From contig JACIWQ010000005.1 in the NCBI GenBank assembly GCA_014360895.1, positions 1 through 57,423 on the forward strand: a stretch of 57,423 nt of DNA, given 5' to 3'. This DNA comes from Thermoflexales bacterium. GTDB lineage: Bacteria; Chloroflexota; Anaerolineae; B4-G1; DUEL01. The notes under the pieces are model-generated. The model was not told where the DNA came from, ran no database searches, and saw only the letters and a list, made by a program, of their open reading frames with translations. Each line of letters begins with the position of its first letter. Positions within the stretch are counted from its first letter, which is position 1. The translations under genes were made by a program, and so were the position numbers. Positions 27,942 to 37,380 of the stretch are shown here, one piece after another.

Positions 27942-29003
27942 ATGAAACCGTCCGAGAACTTCGCCCGTATCCGTGTGGTCGGGGTTGGCGGCGGCGGGAG
28001 CAACGCCGTCAACCGGATGATAGAGACGGGCATCGCCGGGGTGGACTTCATCGCCGTCAACACCGACGCCCAGGCGCTCATGCTCTCCAACGCGCCCACC
28101 CGCGTGCGCATCGGCGACAAACTGACGCGCGGGCTGGGTGTCGGCGGCAACCCGGAACTGGGCCGCAAGGCCGCCGAGGAGTCTATGGACGAACTCTACC
28201 AGGTCCTGGACGGCTCCGACATGGTCTTCATCACCGCCGGGATGGGCGGCGGGACGGGGACCGGAGCCTCGCCGGTGGTCGCCAGAATCGCCCGCGAGAT
28301 GAACGCCCTGACCATCGGCATCGTCACCCGGCCGTTCTTCTTTGAAGGGAAGAAGCGGGCCGAACTGGCGGCGGCGGGCATTGAGGCCCTGAAGGAGCAG
28401 GTGGATACCCTCATCGTCATTCCCAACGACCGCCTGCTGGAGATTGTGGAGAAGCGGGTCTCCCTTCAGGACGCCTTCCGCCTGGCGGACGACGTGCTCC
28501 GGCAGGGCATCCAGGCCATCTCCGAGGTCATCACCGTCCCCGGCCTCATCAACCTGGACTTCAACGACGTCCGGGCGGTGATGTCCGAGGGCGGCGCGGC
28601 GCTGATGGCGGTGGGCCAGGGCAGTGGCGAGAACCGGGCCCAGGAAGCGGCCCAGCAGGCCATCTCCAACCGGCTGCTGGACATCACCATTGACGGCGCC
28701 CAGCGCATCCTCTTCAACATCACCGGCGGCCCGGACCTCTCCCTGCACGAGGTCTACGAGGCGGCGACGGTCATCCGGGAGACGGCGCATCCCGATGTAG
28801 ACCTGCGGTTCGGCGCAGTGATTGACGAGGAGATGGGCGACCAGGTGCGCATCACCCTCATCGCCACCGGCTTTGACGCCGGACAGCGCCCGCAGAAGGC
28901 AGCCCGGACGCCCGCGCGGGAGGTCCTGGAGCGCCCGGTGCCCGTCTTTGACAAAGACGACCTGGAGATTCCCGCCTTCCTGCGCCGCCGCGCCGGGGGA
29001 TGA
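27942..29003 (+). CDS. ftsZ: Cell division protein FtsZ
   Basis: [34 protein letters not shown]-terminal EIPAFLR. Confidence 0.98.
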   Translation: MKPSENFARIRVVGVGGGGSNAVNRMIETGIAGVDFIAVNTDAQALMLSNAPTRVRIGDKLTRGLGVGGNPELGRKAAEESMDELYQVLDGSDMVFITAGMGGGTGTGASPVVARIAREMNALTIGIVTRPFFFEGKKRAELAAAGIEALKEQVDTLIVIPNDRLLEIVEKRVSLQDAFRLADDVLRQGIQAISEVITVPGLINLDFNDVRAVMSEGGAALMAVGQGSGENRAQEAAQQAISNRLLDITIDGAQRILFNITGGPDLSLHEVYEAATVIRETAHPDVDLRFGAVIDEEMGDQVRITLIATGFDAGQRPQKAARTPAREVLERPVPVFDKDDLEIPAFLRRRAGG

Positions 29004-29067
29004 GTCACCCCGAAGAGACCCAGACACGAAGAATGATTCATTTGCCCATTCTTCCATTTGCCGCGTG

Positions 29068-29232
29068 GTCATTGCGAGGCGGCAAAACTGCCGCCACGCG
29101 GCGAGGTTGTCACTGCGAGCGCAGCGAAGCAGCTGCTCGCCTCGGCGCGAGCGCCTTCGGCGCGTGGCGCGGCGTGGCCGAAGCACTCCCTTCAGTTTCC
29201 CGGGGGATTGCTTCGCTTTGCTCGTCGTGACA
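29068..29232. repeat. REP-like palindromic mosaic (GTCA(T/C)TGCGAG...GATTGCTTCG...TGAC)
   Basis: Same family as 44238-44505 and 48238-48308. Confidence 0.8.
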
Positions 29233-29273
29233 CGGTGGGCAGTTACTCCTGGTGGTAAATCCTGGAGGTGCAT

Positions 29274-30161
29274 ATGGCGGAGGGCGTCGGCCTGACCGCG
29301 CGCTCGTCTCTGGAAGAGGCCATTCCGGCCTTCCAGGACTACATGCGCGCGCGGGACTTCAGCCAGCACACCATTCGCTCCTTCACCTCCGACCTGCGCA
29401 TCCTGGGCGAGTACATCGGAATGAAGACGGCGGTGGGCGACATCGGCACCCGCGACCTGAACCGCTTCGTCCACTGGCTCACCGAAGAGCGGGACGTCCC
29501 GTGCACACCCAAGTCCCTCTCCCGCCGCATCACCACGCTCAAGGTCTTCTTCGGCTGGCTGGCGGAGACGGGCGTCCTGCCGGAGGACCCCGCCGCACCG
29601 GTCATCCACCGCCCCGTCCTGACCGGGCCGCCCCGGGTGCTCAGCGACGAAGAAGTGGCCCGCGTGTTGGAGGTGACGGAGGCCATGCGCCGCCGCGACC
29701 CGTCCGATGCCCGTCCGCATCTCCTGGTCACCCTGCTCCTCGCCACCGGCATCAAGAAGGGCGAATGCATGAACATCGCGCTGGACCACATAGACCTCTC
29801 CGACCCGGCGCGGCCGATATTGTGGGTGCGGTACGCCAGCCCGCGCCGCAAGCACAAGGAGCGGCGTCTGCCCCTGCCCACCGAATGGCTGGCGGTGCTG
29901 GCCGAATACCGCGCCCAGTATGCTCCCCAGGACCGGCTGTTCCCCTGCACCGCGCGCAACCTGGAGTACGTCCTGGACGACGTGGCCCAGCAGGCCGGGA
30001 TTCCCGACGGCCTCTCTTTTGAGACGTTGCGCTGGACATGCGCCGTCCGGGACTATCGGGCCGGGATGCCCCCGGAGCAACTGCGGCAGAAACTGGGCCT
30101 CACCCGCATCTCCTGGCGGGAGGTGGAGCCCAAACTCGCCCGCCTGGCAGAGAAAGAGTGA
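29274..30161 (+). CDS. XerC/D-like tyrosine-recombinase-fold protein lacking catalytic residues
   Basis: SAM-like N-domain (S.HTIRSF..DL, SLSRRITTLKVFF), LPRVL-like PPRVLS, ATGIKKGE, ETLRWT, KLGL; no C-terminal Tyr. Confidence 0.85.
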   Translation: MAEGVGLTARSSLEEAIPAFQDYMRARDFSQHTIRSFTSDLRILGEYIGMKTAVGDIGTRDLNRFVHWLTEERDVPCTPKSLSRRITTLKVFFGWLAETGVLPEDPAAPVIHRPVLTGPPRVLSDEEVARVLEVTEAMRRRDPSDARPHLLVTLLLATGIKKGECMNIALDHIDLSDPARPILWVRYASPRRKHKERRLPLPTEWLAVLAEYRAQYAPQDRLFPCTARNLEYVLDDVAQQAGIPDGLSFETLRWTCAVRDYRAGMPPEQLRQKLGLTRISWREVEPKLARLAEKE

Positions 30162-30310
30162 AAACCACGAAGACACAAAGACACGAATGGTTAGGAGAAA
30201 AAGAAAAACCACGAAGACACAAAGACACGAAGAAATCGCTGTTAATTGTTAATTTTTAATTGTTAATTTTTAATTGTTAATTCCCCTTTGTGCCTTCGTG
30301 TCTTGATGGT
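30161..30310. repeat. 8-mer hairpin arms (ACAC(G/A)AAG / CTT(C/T)GTGT) enclosing a TTAATT(G/T) heptamer array
   Basis: 27-bp direct repeat at 30161 and 30205; heptamers at 30240-30282; right arm at 30286-30310. Confidence 0.9.
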
Positions 30311-30325
30311 AAAAAAACAAACACC

Positions 30326-31438
30326 ATGAACGAAACTCAGTCCCACCCTGTCCTGATTGACGGTTCCCGGCTCATTGCCGAAGCCTGTGTCCGAGCCGGC
30401 GCGGACGCGTACGTGGGCTACCCCATTACCCCGGCCAGCCTCATCTTCTTCTTCGCCAGCCGCCGCTTTCCCATCGCGCTGCCCGCCCCGGACGAAATCA
30501 CCGCTCTCCAGTGGATGGCCGGCCTTTCCGCCGCCGGATACCTCCCCGTCTCCGCTACCTCCTTCCCGGGATTCGCCCTGATGGTGGAGTCCATCAACAT
30601 GGCCTACATGATGGAACTCCCCATGCTGGTCATTCTCGTCCAGCGGCTGGGCCCGGCCACCGGCACCGCCACAGCGGGCGCCCAGGGCGACCTCCTGCTC
30701 CTGAACGGCCTGGTCTCCGGCGGTTACCCCCTCCCGGTCTTCTGCATCGCCGACCTGGAGGACTGCTGGCGCCTCCCGCCCGTCGCCCTGCAGACGGCGG
30801 TGGACCTGCGGACGCCGGTGGTGCTGCTGACCTCCAAAGAGATGGTGATGACCCAGGAGAGTTTTGACCTGGCGCGTCTGGCGGAGATTGCGCCGGTCCG
30901 CCGGACCTTCTACGAGGGCCCCGGCCCGTACTGCACCTACGACCCCGCCGACGGCCTGGTCCCACCCTTCCTGCCGGTGGGCAACGGGCAGCATCAGGTG
31001 CGGCTGAACGCCTCCACCCACGACCGCTGCGGCATCATCCAGCACACCAGCGACGAGGCTATGGCCAACACCCGCCGCCTTCAGGCCAAAGTGGAGGCCC
31101 GGACCCCCGTCCTCTACAGCCTGGACGAGCAGGAGGGCGCCCGGACGCTGGTGGTGGCCTACGACATCACCGCCGGTGCGGCGCGCGAGGCGGTGGCTGC
31201 CCTGCGGGCCCAGGGCGTGCCCGTCTCCCTGCTGATCCCCCGCACCCTGCTCCCGCTTCCCGCCGTCTACCTGGAGACGATGGACCGCTACCCGCGCGTC
31301 GTCATTGCCGAGGAGAACCACCAGGGGCAACTGGCGCACCTCCTCTTCGGACGGCGCGTCCCGCCCCACGTCCGACGGGTCACGGCCATTGGGCGGATGA
31401 TCCGGCCCGACGAAATCGCCCAGGAGGTGGCCCGATGA
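30326..31438 (+). CDS. 2-oxoacid:ferredoxin oxidoreductase alpha subunit
   Basis: GYPITPAS, DEI.A, ATSFPGFALMVE, QRLGPATG, EENHQGQL. Confidence 0.9.
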   Translation: MNETQSHPVLIDGSRLIAEACVRAGADAYVGYPITPASLIFFFASRRFPIALPAPDEITALQWMAGLSAAGYLPVSATSFPGFALMVESINMAYMMELPMLVILVQRLGPATGTATAGAQGDLLLLNGLVSGGYPLPVFCIADLEDCWRLPPVALQTAVDLRTPVVLLTSKEMVMTQESFDLARLAEIAPVRRTFYEGPGPYCTYDPADGLVPPFLPVGNGQHQVRLNASTHDRCGIIQHTSDEAMANTRRLQAKVEARTPVLYSLDEQEGARTLVVAYDITAGAAREAVAALRAQGVPVSLLIPRTLLPLPAVYLETMDRYPRVVIAEENHQGQLAHLLFGRRVPPHVRRVTAIGRMIRPDEIAQEVAR

Positions 31439-32676
31439 GCGGCTTCCTGGTCAAACCCGAACTCCCGTACTGCAAAGGCTGCGGGCACCACCTCATCGTC
31501 CGCAACACCGTGAAGGCGCTGGAGGCGCTGGGCGCCTCCCCGCTGGACGTCGTGCTGGTTACTGACATCGGCTGTCACGGCATTGTGGACGGCAACTTTG
31601 CCACCCACACCGTCCACGGCCTTCATGGACGGTCTGTCGCGCTGGCGGCGGGGATCGCCATGGGCCTCCCGCCGGAGAAGAAAGTCATCGTCTACATCGG
31701 CGACGGCGGCGCCACCATTGGCCTCCAGCACATCCTGGAGGCGGCGCGGATGAACGTGGACCTGACCGTCGTCGTCCACAACAACATGCTCTACGGGATG
31801 ACGGGCGGGCAGCCCAGCGGCCTGACCCCCACCGGCTTCCGGACCGTCCTCACCCCCCAGGGCTACCCCCTCCCCCATCACGACCTGCCCCGGCTGGTGC
31901 GGGATGCGGGCGCGCCGTACGCGGCCCGCGTCGTCGGCCTGGGCGACTTCTCGGACGTCCTCCGTCAGGCGCTGGAGGTGGAGGGCTTCGCACTGGTGGA
32001 GGTGCTGGAAATCTGCGTCAGTTACGGCGTGAAGATGAATCCGGACCTGCGGCTGAAGGAACTGGCCCAGGAAACGGGCTACGAGCCGGGCGTCTGGACG
32101 GGGGCCCGTCCGGCCTTCCGCCCATCCCGCCGGGAGACGGCCTCTCTTCTGGAGATGCCCGCCGTCCCCCGCCAGTACTCATCTCCGCTGGAGGGCCGGA
32201 TGGCCCTCATTCTGGCGGGCTCGGCGGGGGAGGGCGTGCAGCAGGCGGCGGAACTGCTGGCACAGGCGGCGATGATGGCGGGCCTCCACGCCACCAAAAA
32301 GGGCAGTTACCCGGTCACCGTGGGCGTGGGATTTTCTACTGCCGAAATCGTCCTTTCCCGCGACCCTATTTTCTACCACGGCGTCCCCCAGCCCGACGCG
32401 GTGGTGGTGACCTCAGCGGACGGGCTGGCGAACCAGCGGGAGCGCATCCGCCGGATGACGGGAGGGGTCCTCTGGCTGGACGCGTCGCTGCCGCGGCCGG
32501 AGACGGGCGCGGAGGTGCGGGTGGCCGATTTTCGCGGACGGGCGGGCGCGCGCAACGCCGCCCTCTATGCCCTGCTCACCGTCCTGCGGGAGACCGGTGT
32601 TGTTCCTCCCGAGGCCTTCCTGGAGGCGGTGCGGGAGAGCCCCATTGGCAAACACGTAGACCTGAGCGGGTGGTAG
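31435..32676 (+). CDS. 2-oxoacid:ferredoxin oxidoreductase beta subunit fused to a gamma domain
   Basis: YCKGCGH, DIGC, LHGR, GDGG...NN.LYGMTGGQ; C-terminal AGSAGEGVQ gamma motif. Confidence 0.88.
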   Translation: MSGFLVKPELPYCKGCGHHLIVRNTVKALEALGASPLDVVLVTDIGCHGIVDGNFATHTVHGLHGRSVALAAGIAMGLPPEKKVIVYIGDGGATIGLQHILEAARMNVDLTVVVHNNMLYGMTGGQPSGLTPTGFRTVLTPQGYPLPHHDLPRLVRDAGAPYAARVVGLGDFSDVLRQALEVEGFALVEVLEICVSYGVKMNPDLRLKELAQETGYEPGVWTGARPAFRPSRRETASLLEMPAVPRQYSSPLEGRMALILAGSAGEGVQQAAELLAQAAMMAGLHATKKGSYPVTVGVGFSTAEIVLSRDPIFYHGVPQPDAVVVTSADGLANQRERIRRMTGGVLWLDASLPRPETGAEVRVADFRGRAGARNAALYALLTVLRETGVVPPEAFLEAVRESPIGKHVDLSGW

Positions 32677-32697
32677 CGCAGGGTTTGTCCTGCACAC

Positions 32698-32751
32698 AAA
32701 ACACGAGGGGGTTGGGGCAGCGGCTTCGCCGCCCCGACCCCCTCGCGTTTT
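32698..32751. terminator. Bidirectional terminator-like hairpin between convergent operons
   Basis: AAAACACGAGGGGGTTGGGGC...GCCCCGACCCCCTCGCGTTTT. Confidence 0.7.
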
Positions 32752-32769
32752 GCCCAGCCGTGGTGCGGT

Positions 32770-33594
32770 TTACCCCTTCAGAGCCCCCGCCAGAACACCC
32801 CGAATGAAGTACCGTCCGAGGAACAGGAAGAAAGCGAGAGGAATCAGAACGCCGATGAGCGCCGAGGCCATCTGGATATTATACAGGGCCACGAAACTCC
32901 CCTTCACTTCAGCCAGTTTAACCTGAATCGTCGTCGTGCGCGGAGTGGAGAGGGTCAGCGCCAGCAGGAACTCGTTCCAGACCTGCGTGAAGACAATAAT
33001 GGCCGTGGAAGCATACGCGGGCAGAGAAATGGGAGAGACCACCCGGAAAAAGAGTTGCAGCCGGTTGGCCCCGTCCACCTGGGCCGCCTCTTCCAGTTCT
33101 CGGGGAATAGAGAGGAAAAACGTCCCCATCAGCACAGATGCCAGGGGAACATTCAGGATCAGATAACTTAAAATCAATCCCATATGGGTCAGCGCCATAC
33201 GGGTCTTCGCCATGAATTGGACCAGGGGGATCAGAATGACCTGATAGGGCAGGTAGAGGGCCACGCCGACCAGGATGAACAGGACCCGCACAAATGGGGA
33301 GCGGGAACGGCTCAGATAGTACCCGCCCAGTCCTCCGAAGAACGCGGCCAGGAGGGTGACGGCGAAAGAAATGATGGAAGAGTTAATCAGCGAAGGATAG
33401 ACCAGTCGGAAGGCCTCTGCGTAGTTTTGAAATTGTAGATTTCGGGTCGGGATCAGATAGGCCCGTTGGCTGATCTCCACGGGGGTCTTCAGAGAAGTAA
33501 CCACCATCACGTAGATGGGCAGAACGTACACCCCGGTCAACACCAGGGTGACCAATAGGACAATTAGTTTGGTAGAGAGGTCTCGGGTTCTCAT
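32770..33594 (-). CDS. Carbohydrate ABC transporter permease (MalG-type)
   Basis: IPRELEEAAQVDGA EAA loop, WNEFL. Confidence 0.93.
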   Translation of the reverse strand: MRTRDLSTKLIVLLVTLVLTGVYVLPIYVMVVTSLKTPVEISQRAYLIPTRNLQFQNYAEAFRLVYPSLINSSIISFAVTLLAAFFGGLGGYYLSRSRSPFVRVLFILVGVALYLPYQVILIPLVQFMAKTRMALTHMGLILSYLILNVPLASVLMGTFFLSIPRELEEAAQVDGANRLQLFFRVVSPISLPAYASTAIIVFTQVWNEFLLALTLSTPRTTTIQVKLAEVKGSFVALYNIQMASALIGVLIPLAFFLFLGRYFIRGVLAGALKG

Positions 33595-34502
33595 TCAAAC
33601 CACTTCCTGAAAGCGTAGATGGTGTACGGAATGACGATGACCAGGGCCATAAGGAAGATAATCATCCCCAACCCGGCCCCCAGGGCAACCAGATGCTGCT
33701 GAAAAGTGGCGATGAACATAAAGAGGGCCAGCACATCGGTGGAATAGCCAGGGCCGCCGAAAGTGACCACGTAGACGATGTCAAAGACCTTCAGCGCCGA
33801 GATGAGGAGCAAGGAGACCAGAATCAAGATGCCGCCCCGGATGTTGGGCACGATGACGGAAAAGAGAATGCGTAACTTGGAGGCCCCATCCACAATGGCC
33901 GCCTCCACCATTTCCTGAAGTTCCGTTGTTCGGAAAGAAGATTGGAGGATAATGACGGCGAAGCCCAGGTACTGCCAGACGAAAATCAGAATCAGCCAGT
34001 AAGTGGCGGTCGCGGGATTGGTGGTATAACGCCCCGCCAGTTCGGAAAGGCCAACGGCGCGCAGGATGGTGTTGAGCACTCCTTTATCGGGCTGGTACAT
34101 CCACGACCAGATGGTCCCGGTGACAACGAAAGACATGGCAACCGGGTAGAGGATGAGGGTACGCACGTAGCCCTCAATTCGTTTCACCGAACCGATTTCC
34201 AACATATAAGCCAGGAACAGCGCCAGAGCCACGGTCGGCAGCACCCCGATGGCAAGCCACTTCACGTTGTTGTTCATGTCCACCCGGAAGCGATCCAGGC
34301 GGAACATCATCTGGTACCACTTCAGCCCGGCAAATTCATAATTGGGCGCTGTCCCGACCCAGTTGGCCATAGAGACGTAGAGCGTCCAGCCCAGCATCCC
34401 GTAGAGAATCACCAGGAAAACCAGCAGGGGAGCCAGGAAGGGCAGGGATTCCAGTACTTCGGAAAGGCGTTGCCGGAAGGAGCGTCGCGGTTTTCGGTTC
34501 AT
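33591..34502 (-). CDS. Carbohydrate ABC transporter permease (MalF-type)
   Basis: EAAIVDGAS, LKVFDIVYVVTFGGPG. Confidence 0.93.
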   Translation of the reverse strand: MNRKPRRSFRQRLSEVLESLPFLAPLLVFLVILYGMLGWTLYVSMANWVGTAPNYEFAGLKWYQMMFRLDRFRVDMNNNVKWLAIGVLPTVALALFLAYMLEIGSVKRIEGYVRTLILYPVAMSFVVTGTIWSWMYQPDKGVLNTILRAVGLSELAGRYTTNPATATYWLILIFVWQYLGFAVIILQSSFRTTELQEMVEAAIVDGASKLRILFSVIVPNIRGGILILVSLLLISALKVFDIVYVVTFGGPGYSTDVLALFMFIATFQQHLVALGAGLGMIIFLMALVIVIPYTIYAFRKWFE

Positions 34503-34516
34503 TGGGACATCCCGAT

Positions 34517-34563
34517 AAAAAGAAAGGGGGTATTTGCGGATTTCCTCACGCAAATACCCCCTT
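34517..34563 (-). terminator. Intra-operon stem-loop/terminator after the binding-protein gene
   Basis: 15-bp stem AAGGGGGTATTTGCG/CGCAAATACCCCCTT followed by a T-run on the minus strand. Confidence 0.75.
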
Positions 34564-34634
34564 ATGCATCTCAACTGCCCGAACCAGCGACAGATGGCCG
34601 CGTCATATTGTCGGGACTCCTGACGGTGGGCGGA

Positions 34635-36005
34635 TTACGGCCACTGATACCAGGCCGCCTCAGCCTTCACATTGTAGGTGGTCAGCAGGTCCGCCACCGA
34701 AGAGAGCGTCCCGTCCACGTTCGGCTGGGCGATGAACGCGGCAATCACATCCCAGTAGGCCTGGGTGAAACTGAACGGCGCGATGCTGCCGTGCTGGTCC
34801 AGGATCAGTTTGTCCGGGTTGTTCCGGACGTAGGTCTGGAGTTCCTGCCGGATGGGGTCAGGGAAGTTGGCGGGGTCAATGTCAATCCGGGCAAACAGAC
34901 CGCCCTGGGTCACATCGGTGGGGATCTGGAGTTCCGGCGAGGCCACGACCTTCAGCCACTCCATCGTGGTCTGCGGATGGGGCGCGCCCTTCGCCAGGCC
35001 GTAGGTGTCCGGGTGGAAGAGGAGGATGCGCTCCGGCTTCTGAGGGAAGGTCACCGCGCTGAACTCCTTGCCCGGCGTCCAGCCCCGGCTCTGGAAGTAG
35101 CCGATGGCCCAGGTCCCCATCAGCACCATTGCCGCGTCGCCGGAGACGACCAGACCACAGGACTCATCCCAGGTCAGACCGGCGTGGTAGGGGTAGATGT
35201 AGGGCACCAGGGCCTCCAGTTTCTGCAGCGCCTCCTTGTAGGCAGGGTCGTTCTTCACGTCCACTTCGCCCTTGTAGACCTGGACGTAATGGGCCGGCCC
35301 CCCCACCTCCAGGAGGATGCTGTCAAACACGAAGGCCGCTTCCCACTTTTCCTTAGTCCCCAGAGCCAGCGGGCTCATCTCCGGCTTGGCTGCCTTGATC
35401 GCTTCGGCGACCGCGATCAGTTCGTCGTAGTTCGTCGGCGGCTGAAGGCCCAGTTCATCAAACAGGGCTTTGTTGTAGTAGAGGATGTTCTGGATGTGCA
35501 TGTTCAAGGGGACGACGTAGGGGTGCCCGTTGATGGTCACGGCCTTCGCCAGCGGACCCGGGATGACCGCGGCGTAGTTCAACTCCGCCCACAGGTCGTC
35601 CAGCGGTTCCAGAAAGCCGCCGTCCACGTAGGACTTCAGTTCGGCGCCGCCCAGGGTCTGCCAGGTGTCCGGGGGCAGACCGGCGGAGAGCCGGGCCTGG
35701 AGGACCACGCGATGGCTCACGCCACCGCCGCCCGCGACCGGGTTCTCCACAATCTCCACATCCGGCACCTTATCCTTGAAGGCCTTGAACATCGCGTCGG
35801 CCGCTTCCCGCTCGCCGCCCGCAGTCCACCAGTGGAAGATTTCCAGTTTCTTGGGCTCCGGGGCCGGCGTCGCGGTGACCACCACCTGCTCGCGCACAAC
35901 GGTGACGACGGGCGGTGGGGCGGTCGGGGTTTGAGCCGGGCCGCAGGCGCTGAGAACAAGGCTCAACACCAGCAGCAGGAGTACAGGGAGCACTACCCTC
36001 TTCAT
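34635..36005 (-). CDS. Sugar ABC substrate-binding lipoprotein (glucose-binding GtsA-like)
   Basis: Lipobox LSAC; LEIFHWWTAGGE, VAGGGG, PPDTWQ, MGTWA. Confidence 0.9.
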   Translation of the reverse strand: MKRVVLPVLLLLVLSLVLSACGPAQTPTAPPPVVTVVREQVVVTATPAPEPKKLEIFHWWTAGGEREAADAMFKAFKDKVPDVEIVENPVAGGGGVSHRVVLQARLSAGLPPDTWQTLGGAELKSYVDGGFLEPLDDLWAELNYAAVIPGPLAKAVTINGHPYVVPLNMHIQNILYYNKALFDELGLQPPTNYDELIAVAEAIKAAKPEMSPLALGTKEKWEAAFVFDSILLEVGGPAHYVQVYKGEVDVKNDPAYKEALQKLEALVPYIYPYHAGLTWDESCGLVVSGDAAMVLMGTWAIGYFQSRGWTPGKEFSAVTFPQKPERILLFHPDTYGLAKGAPHPQTTMEWLKVVASPELQIPTDVTQGGLFARIDIDPANFPDPIRQELQTYVRNNPDKLILDQHGSIAPFSFTQAYWDVIAAFIAQPNVDGTLSSVADLLTTYNVKAEAAWYQWP

Positions 36006-36070
36006 GTGGACCTCCTTTTGAGGTTAAATATGGGAGACGGTATGTAATGCCTGCCAGCGCAGGCGGCTAT

Positions 36071-36099
36071 ATTATACACCTGCCTGTGGTGATTGTCAA
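36071..36099 (-). promoter_or_regulatory. Consensus sigma70 promoter of the sugar ABC operon
   Basis: Minus strand TTGACA, 17-bp spacer, TATAAT. Confidence 0.85.
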
Positions 36100-36145
36100 G
36101 GCACAATCCGCTTTTTAGACTTTATCGGCACAGCACATTTTTCTC

Positions 36146-36173
36146 TTGACAAATTTCCACTTCATAGTATAAT
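36146..36173 (+). promoter_or_regulatory. Promoter of perR-rubrerythrin
   Basis: TTGACA, 16-bp spacer, TATAAT. Confidence 0.75.
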
Positions 36174-36185
36174 TTGCTAAAGAAA

Positions 36186-36665
36186 ATGGTTATCAACAGA
36201 GAACATTTACTCCAAGAACGTTTGACGACCGTCACCCAGCGCCTTCGGAGCCAGGGCTACCGGTTCACCCCCCAGCGCATGGCTATTGTGCAGGCAGTGT
36301 TGGGCAGTACCGACCACCCCTCTGCCGAAGAAATCTACCAGCAGGTCTCGGCGGTCTTCCCGATGATCAGCTTGGCGACCGTCTACAAGACCCTGGACGT
36401 TCTCCGGGACCTGGGCGAGGTGGTGGAACTGCCGGTGGAGGGCCGGACCCGCTACGACGGAAACCCCCGGCCCCACGTCCACCTGATCTGCGAGAAATGC
36501 CACGCTGTGACCGATTGGAACGAGGGCACTGCATTCCCGGTGCCCGAAGAGGCCATCGCGGCCTCGGGCTTCCGCCCCCACCACTACCACATGGAGGTCT
36601 ACGGCCTCTGCTCCCGATGTCAGAGGGAGGATGAGGACCGCGCGGATAACGGCAGAGGACCCTGA
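36186..36665 (+). CDS. perR: Fur-family repressor, probably PerR
   Basis: TPQR, HPSAEEIY, SLATVYKTL, RYD, H.HLIC..C, C..C; adjacent to rubrerythrin. Confidence 0.8.
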   Translation: MVINREHLLQERLTTVTQRLRSQGYRFTPQRMAIVQAVLGSTDHPSAEEIYQQVSAVFPMISLATVYKTLDVLRDLGEVVELPVEGRTRYDGNPRPHVHLICEKCHAVTDWNEGTAFPVPEEAIAASGFRPHHYHMEVYGLCSRCQREDEDRADNGRGP

Positions 36666-36753
36666 GCCAGCCATCAGGGTGGAACGTTCCATTGGGTGGC
36701 GGGCTGGCGCCGCCCGGGTTCTATCCATCCCCAATCCCAGATAGGAGGTAACC

Positions 36754-37257
36754 ATGCATAAGATGACCCAATCCAATCTGGAAGGCGCCTTCTCCGGAGA
36801 GAGCCAGGCGCACATGAAGTACCTCATCTTCGCCGAGCGGGCGGAGCAGGAGAACTTCCCCAACGTCGCCCGCCTCTTCCGGGCCATCGCCTTCGCCGAG
36901 CAGGTCCATGCCGCCAACCACTTCAAGGCCCTGGGACACCTGGGCCAGACGGCGGACAACCTCCAGGCGGCCATCAACGGCGAGACCTTTGAGGTGGACG
37001 AGATGTACCCCGCCTACCGCGCGGTGGCCGAACTGCAAGAGGAGAAATCCGCCGTCCGCACCACCACCTGGGCCCTGGAGGCGGAGAAGGTCCACGCCGG
37101 GATGTACGAACAGGCCCGACAGGCGGTGCTGGCGGGCAAGGACGCCGCCGTGGGCGACATCTACATCTGCGAGGCCTGCGGCTGGACGGTGGAGGGGGAG
37201 GCTCCGGATCGCTGCCCCATCTGCGGCGCCCCGCGAGAGAGGTTCCGCAAGTTCTAA
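36754..37257 (+). CDS. rbr: Rubrerythrin
   Basis: AFSGESQA, EQVHA, GETFE..EMYP, EKVH, C-terminal CxxC...CPIC. Confidence 0.94.
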   Translation: MHKMTQSNLEGAFSGESQAHMKYLIFAERAEQENFPNVARLFRAIAFAEQVHAANHFKALGHLGQTADNLQAAINGETFEVDEMYPAYRAVAELQEEKSAVRTTTWALEAEKVHAGMYEQARQAVLAGKDAAVGDIYICEACGWTVEGEAPDRCPICGAPRERFRKF

Positions 37258-37269
37258 CCCCTCCCGACC

Positions 37270-37306
37270 GAAAACCCCCGTAGGCCCCCTGCGGGGGTTT
37301 TCGTTT
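37270..37306 (+). terminator. Intrinsic terminator
   Basis: GAAAACCCCCGTAGG-CCC-CCTGCGGGGGTTTTC. Confidence 0.8.
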
Positions 37307-37380
37307 GCCACCCCGCTGTTTTGGGATATAATAGAAAAGCCGATGCAGGAGAGAATTGACCCGCGTTGGGGATGAGAGCA

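Noticed and set aside
29274-30161. Active prophage or island integrase, or canonical xerC/xerD
   Set aside because: Catalytic residues are missing; no att site, tRNA or phage genes nearby
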